Shown: positions 26,315 to 39,319 of the stretch, in pieces
Layout: every line of letters begins with the position of its first letter
Position numbering within the stretch: position 1 is the stretch's first letter
Assembly: GCA_028534125.1 (NCBI GenBank)
Contig: CM052816.1
Location: 22,756,001 to 22,820,000, forward strand
Reading direction: 5' to 3'
Origin: Lama glama
Lineage: Eukaryota
Length of the DNA stretch: 64,000 nt
Translations under genes and position numbers: made by a program
Notes under the pieces: generated by a model
Seen by the model: the letters and a program-made list of their open reading frames with translations, nothing else
Databases searched by the model: none
What the model was told of the DNA's origin: nothing

Positions 26315-27775
26315 TGGGAAACCTGACAAGCTAACTTCAATACTCATAAGGAAGAGCTTATGAATACAGTGAAGGAGAGGTGAAGAATCGTCAAAACATC
26401 CTTCAAGGTGAGCAATAAAGTAGGAGTGGGAGATTTGGTTAGTCACATATAAAAAAATCTCTATAAAGTTATATTAATTAAGATAATGTGATGGTAGCAT
26501 AGGTATAAAAACACTTTTGACTAATAAAATATGAATCTGGAAAGATTTAGAGGAGAGTTGGTAATGCAGATTAGTAGAAAAATGGAAATTTCAGTAAATA
26601 CTACTGAATCAATGGTTAGTCAACGGGGAAAAAATAAAATCATGACCCACACTACAAAGGATACATAAAAATCTATTCTGAGAAGATTAAAGAACTAAAC
26701 GTGAAACAGTATGTGTAAAAAGCTTAAAGGTTAGTATAGGATATTATCCTTAAAACTGGGAAAAGGAAGAATATTTTAAACAACACACAAAAAAATTCAA
26801 AATAGACTAGAAAATTTGTTAAAATTGACTATGTTAAAAGCAAAAATTTCTGTTTATCAAAGTCACAACTGAGTTGATCAACAGTCTAAAAACTGAGATA
26901 TTTATAGTACAAAAACTAATACTGTATCTTAAAGATAACAAAAATTTTTAAGACATCAAACACACAGAGAAAAGGGTGAAAGATTTTAATAAGACACTGT
27001 CAAGTGTCTTATTAAATAGCAAATAACCAAGAAAGGATCTGAATTACATTAGTAATCAGGGACGCACTGATTACAACCAAAATGGATAGCCATTTCACAC
27101 CTACCAAGTTGGAAAAAGTAAAAAGTTTCAGATATTATCAGGTGTTAGAGGGTGTGCAGAGAGATTTCTGCTGGTAGGAGAATAAATTGGTGTAACCATT
27201 ACGAAAATAATTTGACATTAAATTGTAAAGCTGAAGACGCAATTTAACTCCTAAATGAGTTTATAAACTTGTAATTGTTGACCTAAGTATCAGGAGATAT
27301 TCCTATGAATGTTTATAGTGACTGCAATGTGAATAACTTCCAAACAACCCAACTTTACCCAGCAGAGTGGATAAAGAATTTTCGACTTTCTAGTATGCAG
27401 ATGTGAAAATGTTAAGATGGTATGACTGAATTGCAGGAACATAAAATTCATTTAAAACACTAGTCACAGAAAAACATGTACTGTATTTTTGTACTTCTAT
27501 ACAGTACATGGACATTCAAAATTAAATATCGTATGTTTTAGAGATGGTTCAAAAAAACAGACACAAAATTTAAGTTAGTCATTATCTCTGAACGGGAAGA
27601 GGAGGACAGGATTGGGAGGGGTGCAAGGAACTTTAAAGGTTTTTGATAATGTTCTTTTAAAATAACTGGGTGTGGGTACATGGATGTTCTTTACATTGTA
27701 TTTCTTTATATCCAACATATACTTTATAAATGGTTTTTAATTTTGTATGACTCAGTGCTCATTCAAAACATTAAA
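26315..27775 (+). mobile_element. Old L1 (L1ME/MC-like) ORF2 3' part and 3' UTR
   Basis: aacctgacaagctaacttc...gattaaagaactaaacgtgaaa...attgactatgttaaaagc...catttcacacctaccaagttggaaaaag...tgggtgtgggtacatggatgttc. Confidence 0.75.
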
Positions 27776-28089
27776 AATGGGACATCTACTCTGATTGTAT
27801 GATGCTGCTTCCCAGGAATATTTAATGTATCATAAAATTAATCATATTAGAAAATGTTTATATGTGTGTTTATAAAGTGATTATGTCTAAATATCCAATA
27901 GGCCTAAAAATACAGGCAAAACAACTAATAGTTGGAGATTGCCACTGTTGCTGAAAACGGAACTATGGAAAGGAAAATGAAAGAGAACATTTGTTTTATT
28001 TACTACACTCTTCTGTTTTATTTGAATTTACATTTAATAATTAGCAGATACATGAGTTGAGATTAAAAAAATTCTATTTAATCACATAC

Positions 28090-28225
28090 TGTTAAGTGAT
28101 ATAACCTCTTTATCTCAGCTCCTTCAGCTGTAAAAGGAAGCTAATAATATTACCTATAACTTCGAAAGTTATGAGAATAAAATGAACAGTGGCTGACCCA
28201 CAGTAGGTACTCAAATGTAAGAAAT
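28090..28225 (+). mobile_element. MIR SINE fragment
   Basis: aacctctttatctcagctccttcagctgtaaaaggaagctaataatattacc...cacagtaggtactcaaatg. Confidence 0.65.
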
Positions 28226-29229
28226 TGCTTCTATAAAATATAAATAATGTAAAATTAATTTTAAAAAATTTAATACTAGATGATAACACATATCTATGCA
28301 ATAAAAATTATTTCAAAATAAGATTAAGATGTAAAAGAAGGATCAATTCAGCCTGATTATAGCTGCCATTTTTGAAAAACTTTAAACATACGCTTACAGA
28401 TGTAATGGGTAGCCTATTATTTATGAGTTACAACCAAGTCTGACAAAAATCTTTTCAACTCTCTGATTTCATCCAGACTCACCAACTTAGACTATACATG
28501 TTACTGGGATGCAAAATGGTTTTGAATGAAGATAAAATAAAACACTGAACTTCTAACAGAGTCTTTAAAATTTGCCTGTATTTCCCATCTCTTTTTTCAC
28601 ACACTTGATTCACTTCAGGGTAACTTATGTCGACCTAAACATAACAGTTCAAAAATAAAAACCAGAATATAAATTATGAACTAAGTCCTGAAAAGCATCT
28701 TTTACAGCAAGATCCCAGAAAATATTTTCATACAACTGGGAGTTGTACCTGTATATTAACCAGCTTCAGTAATTTATTTTAAAAATTGATTTGGAGCTAA
28801 GAATTCTAACAGAAGACACACGGATGCAGTCATCTAATAAGATGAGGAAACAATGAGTGAATGTGTTAGTAAACCAACAGATATGCTGTATTATGTACAT
28901 AATGTCTCCACAATTTTTAATATATATTACTTTGATTATAACTCCATCTTTTATTTAATTTAGTCATCAAATATCAAAGTTGGTATCCTTCAAAATCACC
29001 TTGTCCTAACTCCTGGAATAGTGGAAGGAAACTACTAGCCTCTCCACTCCATTATTCTCTTCGTTCCTCAACATAAGAAACATGATTTATGAGACTCATG
29101 TAATTGGTGAGTACCAACTGGACCAGGGTAGAGAAAAAAACAGAATTAAATTGTTATAAATTTAAACATAAAAGTAATTACTAAGCTTATAACTTGTTTA
29201 AAGATTTCATTAGAATTGATTTGGTTAGG

Positions 29230-29405
29230 GCACTACTTTTCAGACTTTAATATAAATACCAATCAGCTGGAGATCTCTCTAAAATTCAGGTTCCGATTCA
29301 ACAGGTCTAATATGATAGATTTAAATTTTAATATCAAACAGATGCCTGTATAATAGTGATTATGTCAATCCAAGTAAAAAAAATTTTGATTAGCAAGGGA
29401 CTAGT
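29230..29405. mobile_element. MER5-like hAT-Charlie MITE (degenerate)
   Basis: ttttcagactttaatataaataccaatcagctggagatct...aaaattcaggttccgattcaacaggtct...ttttgattagcaagggactag. Confidence 0.5.
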
Positions 29406-30198
29406 ACACTGGCAAGAGACTTCAGATGCTATTTTACATGAATAAAGAACTAACCTCAGGATACCGTTTAACTCCAAAGAGATAAGAGAGCAAACTGGAA
29501 GATTATCAGATGATAAAAGTAAAAAGAGAGATGATTCAGAAGAGGCTTAAGCTCTTAGAAGTCAAACTCATCCCCTATTAAAAAGAATATATTCCAAAAG
29601 ATAAACCTTGGATCTACAGTCTACCAAATTATTTCCCCCTCAAAAAACTGGATCCAAGAACCCTTTGAGAGCCAGTCTCCTCAAGCTTTAAATAGGAAGA
29701 CAATGATACGAGTTACTGGAAAATTCCATTTAGACAATTAAAATATAGCTTTGTGAAATGGCAACATACAATTTTGACAGAGGAAAGAGGAAAGCCGAGA
29801 AGATCAATGAGAACACAAAGGCTTTATACAGTGTAGTTTACAGTAGCAGTAATTTTAGGTGGGAAGCATGACCAGGACATTTATGGAGTCAGGAATCTAA
29901 GAGGAGGTTTAAGATACAGACTACAAAAAAAAAAAAAAAAAAGGGGGGGGAGTCAGGTATATCCATGCTAAGCACAATAAAAATCCAGCTTAAATATTGG
30001 CTGTTTGCTGATGGAATTCTAAATCTCTGGGTGTGACTTCCCAGGGAATTAATGGTGTGAAAGATTTTCTTTTAATGGTTAAGTTCTATGAACTCACAGA
30101 AGACCCTACTGGAAAGTTAGAGGAGTACTGAATTAAGCATATGGGATTTAAAGACACTGGTCAAGTGTCTATGTTTGATGAACAATGAATATGTGGAT

Positions 30199-30611
30199 TC
30201 AGCAGGCTGAGTGGTGGCCCCCAAAATACCAGTTCTAATCCCTGGAATCTGTGAATGTTACTTTATTTGGAAAAAAAAAGGTCTTTGCAGATGTAATTAA
30301 GCTAAGGCTCTCTAGATGGGAAGGTTGCACTGGATTATCTGGGCAGGCCCTAAATGCCATCACATGTATCCTTACAAGAGGGAGGAAGAAAGAGATTTGA
30401 CACAGATGCTGCAGAGAAACAGGAAGAGGAAAGAAATGGATTTTTTCCTAGAGCCTGTGAAGGGAGTGTGACCCTCCTGACGCCTTTATTTCAGCACAGT
30501 GAAACTGATTTCAGACTTCTGGCCTCCAGAACTGCGAGAGAATAAATTTCTGTTGTTTCAAGCTACCAAGTCTGTGGTAGTCTGTCATAGCAGCCACTGG
30601 AAACTAATAAG
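30199..30611 (+). mobile_element. MaLR solo LTR (MLT1C/D-like)
   Basis: tggcccccaaa...ctaatccctggaatctgtgaatgttac...ctttgcagatgtaattaag...ggattatctgggcaggccctaaatg...cttctggcctccagaactgcgagagaataaatttctgttg...ggaaactaata. Confidence 0.9.
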
Positions 30612-33600
30612 CAGTCCCAAGAGGAGACTAGGAGAGCAGTGCTTAAGGTAGAAATCCAGAGATAATGAGCTTGATTGAGGAATGTGGATCCTGAGGAAAT
30701 GAAGATCATCATAGATAAATGAAATGAAGGAGTTAATTTGAAAATAAAACTGATTCATTTTCATATTATATTTCAAAATTATATTGTTCATAGATTTTTC
30801 TCCCCCGAGGAGAGCTACCTGCTCTAGTGGAGGGGTCCCAATCTGAGGAAACTCCAGAAACTTTATAAGTAGTTACAAGTCAAATTTGGGAACAGAACAT
30901 CAGATGCATTAGATAAAGCAGCAGACAGGTCCTGTTGATTCAATCCAAGAATGATGAGCCTAGAATCAGTACATACAAATCGCTTTGCTGTGGTGTTTTA
31001 CCAAGAATGGATCCATGAGGCTCTATTCCAGGGACTGAGTGTGCTGACAGTTGGGTTACCTTGTGAGCAACTGGGGCTCAATCCCATCAGGTAGAAAGTT
31101 GAGTTTAAGAGAAGATAGCCATTTTCAGTAACACTCTACCTTACAGATATGGTCTTCGATGAACTGGGAGAAGTCTGCCTTGTTTCCAGACAAGACCCAT
31201 ATCCACAGTGGGTTTGGAGAGTGAATGTATGCTTCTTCTCAGCTGACCAGTCTCTGTGTCTATTACTTAGCTAATTGCCATGGTTCATTTATTCACCATC
31301 TAGTCACACCGAAAACACTGAAAATCTGATTCTTGCAAAGTTATGGTATGTGTATGGTTAAATCCTGATTTGCCTAACTTGTTATGAAGGGCATCACACA
31401 CTGTGGCTTGTGTGCACATTTAGACATTACTATTACTAAGAAAGCTTACTGGATCAGATACTTAAATTGTGCCCTCGCTTCTCAGACAATTCTGCACACT
31501 GATTTTTATCTGTGGAGTTATATGTTTGCTCTTTTTGGTTTGGAAGTACAACTGTCTCCTATTTTCATAGCTAATGGAGTTCTCCACTCTATTTCCATTT
31601 TCTCTTTTGTATTCAGTATTTTTCAAGCAAAAGCATGAGGAATTCACTTTTCCAACTTTAACAGTCCAAATGTGATCTCTTGCCTAGGAACTAATGGTTC
31701 TTGCAGTGGAGACCAAAATATTTCTATCTTATTTCCATGGTTATAAGCCATGATATCATAGAAAGTGGGGGGGGCGGGATCTCTATGGACCCGAGAAAAA
31801 GAGCTTCAAATACTGACATACTAGCTGCTAATGAAGAAGCTGCCATCGGATTTATGTGAGAGATAATAGCACTGCTGCCACAGATTCAAAAGAATCATAT
31901 TCTCTGGTGTCTCATTCATAAACCATTCTTTTTTATTATAAACTAAAATGAAGATATTCTGGAATCATTTGGGAAGTTAGCACAAGCTGTAATTTTAAAA
32001 TTCCAATCTAATATATAGATAGCATTGGCACTTGGGTGGAATGTAAGTCATGAAAATTGTATTTCTATCTTTTAGCTCATAGGTTGGGTTTCTATTCATT
32101 ATGAGGCAATTCAAAGCTCTTAGTCCTACAATCTAAGTGCCCTGCTTTGAAAAATCTCCACTTCTACAATCAATAAATAAAATGTCTTTAAAATAAATAT
32201 ATTAAAGGGCAAATCTCAGAGACAAAAATCTCAACAACTTATCTCCCTGTTTAGTCCCGTCCATATACATGTATCATCTCTTCTTTCCTCAGACTGCTGC
32301 AGGTAAACAATGTGCTGTTACCTATTGCTTACTATGCCTGTTCTTATTGTCTGCATGCTGAGCAAGATGTTATTTCAACTGCTGAATCAACTTTTAGCTG
32401 ATGTCTGTAGGATTTACTAACTAGATGGAATCCCATAGGAAAAATTAAGTCCAAAATTCTGGTTTTTGCTCATAAGAGAAGACAAAATAATAATTTTATA
32501 TTTTATGTGGTTAAATAAATGAAAAGGCAAGAAAAGCTGATTCTCAGGAAAAAGTAGAGGTAATTATTTGAATCTATCAAAAATAGCAAATATAAGAAAA
32601 CTAAAATTAACAATCTGCTATTGTTCCATTTTGTAAATGGCAATAATTATGACAGATCCCTCAAGGATCGATCAATTTTTCCTTTTAATTTTCAAATGTA
32701 AAAACATTTGAGTGGGAAGATTCAATTTTGTACCTGCTGAATCATAATTACTTTTAAGCCCCTCCCCCTTCATTCTTCCTTCCTTCCATCAGCTTCTGAA
32801 AAGACTGGTTAGAGTCCCTATGTTATGATCAGCTCTTTACGGAGACAGTCTGTAATATTCCTATTGTACTTCTTCCTGACAAAATACCACTGGACTAACT
32901 AAAGAAGGGAATAGGATTTCATGTAAAATGTGGTCATTAACTGCTCAACTGGACTAATTAAAGTCAGTCATTTTACTTGCATTATTTAAATCTCACAGTA
33001 ATCCCTGATACATTTTAAAACTCAGTTGATGGCTTTTAAAACTAAAAGAAAAATCAATATTCATTTAATGTCATGGAAAGAGAGACTATTTCCGGATAAA
33101 TTCAATGTCTAAGGAAGAGACTTACAAATCTATTTAAATGGAAAGATCAGCCATAGAAACTTAAAGTAAATCAAAAGCTAACCAGCCATGGCTGTTTCAT
33201 TATCTCCAAGTGAAAAGCAATCTCTGGAAATTGTGTGCTTATGATTAATATAATTTATGTGGCCTATCTTTATTTCCCTGCCAAATGTCTGCAGAAAAAT
33301 GAACAGCTACCAAATCTTCCTTTCACTGATAATAAGAGACAAAGGTCAAAACATTTTATCAGAAGAAATTCAGGTATTCAACTTATATTTGTGGAGCACC
33401 TATTAAGTGCCAAGATAGGCACTGAAAATACCAGGATTCTGCCTGAATCAAAGGCCTCTCTACAGGAGAATAAATGACAGTGAAGATTATACAATTCAAA
33501 GAATATACTTTCATTATAATTCATGATTATGAAACTTATTTCAGAAGTGTACCAATTTATACCATTCATAAGGTAAAAAACCTTTTGACTTTCAATGGTT

Positions 33601-33875
33601 TAAATTAAATGAGGTATTAAAAACTTGTAAATGTGGAATAAAAGTGAGTTATATATCACTTTTATTTCACATTTACACCCATAAGGAGTAACTATTTTAC
33701 TATTTATTAGGAATTCAAATTTGTGATCTTCCATCAAGGTATCTTTCATGTCATAAGAGGTTTATTTATCTATCTATCCTGAAGCCCAGAACTTATCAAA
33801 CTAAGAGTTAGTTGATGTGGGTTATATTTTTAGTATGACATTAATTAATATTTTTGTCTTCGAATTTCTCTATAC

Positions 33876-34091
33876 CAAATATCAACAAGGTTTTTTTATA
33901 AAGGGCCAGACAGTAAAAATTTTGGGCATAGGCTAGTCTCTATAACAACCACTCGATTCTATAGCTGTAGCAGGAAAGCGGTCAGAGACAAAACATAAAC
34001 AAATGAGTACATATGAGCGTCCATAAAACTTCATTTCAGAAACTTGAGGTGCGCTGGATTTGGGCTGTGGGACACAGTTTGCCAGTCTGTG
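33876..34091 (+). mobile_element. MER58A-like hAT-Charlie MITE with 8-bp TSD
   Basis: taaagggccagacagtaaaaatttt...ggatttgggctgtgggacacagtttgcc; TSD ctctatac (33868-33875) and ctatatac (34092-34099). Confidence 0.88.
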
Positions 34092-35476
34092 CTATATACC
34101 ATAGGTATATTTCCTTATTATCAATTGTAAAATCTCTTTTTGCCTTCATTTTATGTAGTAACTTTTTATAAGGACTAAGTAGTCCTTCCTCATTATTTTT
34201 CAAAAAATAACAGTGAATCTCAAATACAACTGATATAATCATAAAGTATATTTCATTAGACCTTAACAATTATGTACTTTAACTCTTAATTTCCTGCAAA
34301 TTAATGATCATAGCATTTTCTTAAGGTGGTTTTATTACTACATGATATCATGGTTGTATAAGTTAATATCTTTTACTTATGGTAGTTTCCACTGAAAATC
34401 TTATCTTTTAATCAAGTACTATACTTTGGAGCTACATAGTATCATGCAACTTTGGAATAGGGACCAGGGAAAGATGAAAGATAAAAGGATCTGTCCTGTG
34501 CTAGGTAAAAGAGCCTCCTGAAATTCTCACAGCATGTAGAATGTTGCTTTTTCTACTGTACCATAATTTTGAAGCTGACCTTATTAATGTGCATCATTGC
34601 CAGTTATATTTTAATTTTAATTTAATTTCTCAGTTGGATCCCTACAGCCTTGAAGTTATTTGAGTGAGCATTACATATCTCTTCATAAAGATGAATGGTA
34701 AGTACCTTTTTTAGGCATTATACTCTATACTTGACTATACAATTTGCATGCTTCATAATAAAGATATAGGAATACTAGCTCATTTGGAAAACATATAAGC
34801 TCTTTTATTAGAAGTGAATATTAAATATATTTCTTCAGCGTCTACACAGTAAAATTTAGCATGCAGATTACAATAATTGAGGACATATGCCCCTTAATAA
34901 TTGTTGTTTTCTTTAATAACAATAGCACTTTCTTCTGGCTAAATGTTTTCAAGTTATTCGGGGGAAAGAAGAAGAAAGGATGACACAAAAAATACCTAAT
35001 TCCTAAGGAGCTGTTTGCTTTTTCATAGTTTGGGGTGACTAAAGAATCATGACTACATGGTCTATGATACCACATTTTTACAGTAGAACACGACTGATGA
35101 AAAGTAAGGAATCCCTTCTAAGTTTTACATTAAGAATTTTTAAATTAAAACAACAAATTAATACAATTATTCTGGAGGGGGTATTTTTACAAAGCCCTCA
35201 AATTTCTGCCATTGCCTATATATCTTTTGATACCTAATTGATCTTTTTTTAAAATATATTTTTCTCAAGATTTTATTCTTAAATCAAAGTTAAGTTTGTG
35301 TGTGTGAGTAGTATAAAGAAGAACTCATTCATTTACATTTTATTTCAATGAGATAAGGAACCAAGCATGATTTTATTTGACCATGTACACCCATCCTACT
35401 CCACATTTTGGTAAGAAAATTTGGGATTTTTATATACAGATAATATATAATTATTTGTCATATTTATATTAAAATT

Positions 35477-35549
35477 TGTGTGTATATATGTGTGTGTGTG
35501 TGTGTATATGTATGTATATATATATATATTATATATATATATATATATA
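35477..35549. repeat. Compound (TG)n/(TA)n microsatellite
   Basis: Directly visible. Confidence 0.95.
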
Positions 35550-35968
35550 GCAAATAGCTAGATGGAGTATTTGTTTACTAGGCTTTGTTACGAAGTTTTC
35601 TGGTTTTTGTACCCAGATCTCCCATTTGGAAGGATGCTATTGTTAGTTTTTGAATCCTGAAAGCCACATGTCTCCAAGGGATAGTGGAAATATTCTCCTA
35701 TTCCTTCCTGTGGTTGAATTTCACAGCCCTTTTGTGATTTGATGAGTGTTTTTTTTTTATACATTGCAGATACTTAAATCTAAACTGAATTTTTAGAACT
35801 GTAGAGATGTTGCATGTATTTCTGCATTTTCATGAATGTTGCAATGAAAAATGAAGGTGACAATTCAGACCGCACTGTTAACTAGCCATTACTATATCCT
35901 GAAAATTTGTCTTTTCAGATAGAATAGCTTAAAATGCCCTGGAAGAGTCCTCATTAAAAATGTTTTGG

Positions 35969-36206
35969 TAAATTGGGAGATTTGCAGATACTAACTACTA
36001 TATATAAAATAGATAAACTAACAAGTTTATATTGTACAGCACAGGGAACTATATTCAATATTTTGTAGTAACCTATAATGAAAAAGAATATAAAAACGAA
36101 TATATGTATGTGTAAGTATGACTGAACTATTATGCTGTACATCAGAAATGGACACAGTATAAACTGACTATACTTCAATCAATCAATCAATACTTTTCTC
36201 TGAAAA
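35969..36206 (+). mobile_element. 5'-truncated L1 3' UTR (cetartiodactyl-type) with 13-bp TSD
   Basis: actatatataaaatagataaac...gcacagggaactatattcaata...aactgactatacttcaat; TSD aaaaatgttttgg (35956-35968) and aaaagtgttttgg (36207-36219). Confidence 0.88.
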
Positions 36207-39200
36207 AAAAGTGTTTTGGAAAAACAAAAACTCAACTAGAACAAAAATAATGACTATATTTTCACTATTTACTCTTCCTTTAAATATCACTACTGTTTTT
36301 GATCACATTGTTAAGATGAAACCTGCTTATTAAGAAAATCTTATGGGCCATTTTTCTTCCTTAAATGTTAAGCAGTTTAAAGAAAATAGTTTTACTTATA
36401 TGGAAGTTAATCCCTAAAAACAGTAAACATAGCTATGCTTTGAAGTATCTTACAAAGCTTATTTGAGAATTACACTACTAATACGGATCACCCACTGCGG
36501 ATCGGGTGCCCCTGAGGAAACACAACTGTCACTCAGACTTGGGTGACGTGGCGATCAATGTGTTAAAAGGACAACATTTTCAATATGATTTTTGGAGCTA
36601 TATATAACAAATCTGAACTATGTCCAACATTTTGTCAGGTCTCCAGAATTCAGCTGGTAAACAACAAACCAAAATCAAGTAAAAAGATAAATACTCTAAA
36701 AGGAATAGCTGTATGATCACTAAATTAGAAAATAAACTTTTCTTTAGATTAAATTCCCTAGTAATTTAATGTGTTTCCTTCAAGTGTATGAATCCAAGTT
36801 CCTGATTTTTTTTTTAATTTTTCACTAGGCAAAGTTGATCTTGTGCAATAGTTTAATTCTTTTGGAATTTTACTTTAAAATTGAGTACAGGCATTTCTCT
36901 GAGCAGTGGATTCTTCTTCTAGACTCTTTTAAATGATCACTACTCACCACACCTGCTGAGGAACCCATATGCTTACTGGGCAAGTTAGGGAGGGTCTAGA
37001 AAATCAATCAGTAGGACTGACACAAGATTAACTACTTTTACCTGAATGATTAGAGTTTTCATTATTTTCCTCCTTCACAACAAGCATTTGAGATAGATAT
37101 CTATATATCTATATATACCTATATAGAAATATAGATATAGATATATATAAAATTTTTAAATTAAGATGACATTTCTGGGAATTGGTAAAAATGGGTGTTT
37201 TACAACATGGGACGCTATACCAGAATCGGTAGTTAAAATAGGATCTAGAGAAATTCCCAGTACTTCAGTGTTCCTACATCTGCTACCAGTTGTCTATACT
37301 TCAGCCAAACATAGAACTGCAAGGTTTCTGCCCATATTCAGTACAAAAGACTATCTCATCACATCCTTTGCTTTTTAAAAATCACCCTGTTTGTACACAG
37401 TACACTGGGCTATGCACAGAAGAATGATGTTAACAGAAAGCTATAAGAAAGCTTAGTATATGAGAAAAAATTCAATTTTCCAGAGGTTTCCTACACTGAA
37501 TTTTCTTTAAAGAGAATAAAAGCTGAAAGCTAGGTCCTTTTGTATAGAAGAAAGGAGGTCATCTTGAAAGGCTAAGAATCTGCTCTAATGGAAAACACAA
37601 TGGCAATTAAATTCCAATTTTCTTATCAAGTAAGTGAAGAATACACGCACAGACACATGATTTTCCAAGCATTTTGTCTTGTCATCGCTATCAGTAAACA
37701 GTTTGTCTCTCTCAAACTTCAACTCTTTGAGCTTCCAAATGATCTGTTTCTATTAAATGGAGGTGTAAAACTGAGAAATAGTCTCTATGCTCTATTTATG
37801 CAGATTTCAGTATATGTAGCAGGGTTCAAATTTTGGGGACAGATTATAAAGTATCACAGTAAACCTAGGCTTATAAAGGAGAAACACAAAGCCATACCAT
37901 ATGCATAGCATTAAAAAAAAATCTTGTTTGTACTAAGATTTAAAAAGGCCAAAATACAACTCGTACTAGAATTGCAGTTTTATGCCACTTTGACATAGTA
38001 AGGGGGAAAAGAAGAAAAGAAGTACTGATAAGATTATGGCTTTCAATATATCTTCAGAGCCAAACTCTAGGAAACTTACTAAGTTGTAAGTACCTAGAAA
38101 TTTTATGAACAGATATTTTCTGAGGAACATATATCACTCCTCAGGTAGTGGTTCCCTCATTATATATACTGCATATAAAATGTTAGGAGATAACATGAGC
38201 AAAATCATGTCCTAAAACATACAGAAACCTAATGCAAAACACCTTTGGAGAATCCGACGGCTCTGCTCATTACACGAGAATCAGTGCACTCTGATGAGTG
38301 CACTGTGTGACTCAGGACGTGGAAGATAGGACGGACCTCCTTTCACCTAAAATCAGGATACTTCAAGAAACCTATCCTGTCTGACTTTGCATGGAGATTT
38401 TTTTTCATATTATTATTTATGAATACTGTCCAAATGCAACCAAATCTCCACTCTGTTTTGTCCACATATCCCCAATTCAGGGTTCACTCACCACAAACCC
38501 AAAACTTTGCTCTAGTTCCCCAGGCAACAATCTGAGAATTTACAAAAAAAAAAAACAAAAAACAAAAAACAAAAGGGAATTTCTCTCAAAATCTTTACAA
38601 TTTATGGAAATATAGGTGAGGCATGTAATGGGAGCTAATAAATAATTCAGCACCTAAGGTCTAGTTTACATTTCAGAAGTATGACTTTCTCACTTTTATA
38701 AATTAAGGCAAAAGTAACAGAATTAGAGTGAATAAGTATGGATTACAACACATCATCAGAATCAAGTTTGTAGGAAGCTTTTGGAGTTGTGAGCATGGGG
38801 AAAAGCCTAACACCCATCTTTGTTTAAAAAAAAAAAACTGATACACTAATAAGTTTACGTGTACCACTAATGTCTGTGATTCTAAGTACACTCCATACAA
38901 AAAATTATGGTTAGCCAGGAACAAATTTCTCTCATTCTTCAAGATCTTTATTCAATAAATAAAAAAGAAATTATTCAATGAAAATATTTACTATACCAAT
39001 AATATTATAAGGAAGCAAATAAATCATAAAACATTTGAATCAAAGCTATATGTTACTTAAAACTATAAATTCATTATCTATGACATTAAGTTGGGTAAGG
39101 TACCTACGCATGAAAAGTTTTGCTAAATAACTTACTCATTCAAATTGAAAAAAAGTGGTCTATTTACAGTATGACTTTGAAAAAACTACGCAAAATAGAG

Positions 39201-39319
39201 TAAAATTTATATAAAAATTAAAATTTTCTATTAAAAATGTAAAGCCCTATAAGAGTCAATGTTAAAAAAAGACACAATGCAACTAATTCTTTCAAAGAGC
39301 CAACTCCCAAACTTAACAA

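Noticed and set aside
28156..28172. ataacttcgaaagttat resembling loxP arm ends
   Set aside because: Lacks the 13-bp arms and 8-bp spacer; lies inside a MIR; chance 7-bp hairpin
31170..31220. Minus-strand SPN...LSGNKADF resembling the RAB5 G4 motif
   Set aside because: Spacing differs, no other GTPase motif is nearby and a stop follows soon; most likely chance
38291..38330. CTGATGAG hammerhead ribozyme core
   Set aside because: No stem II closed by GAAA downstream; the same holds for the CTGATGAG near 56038
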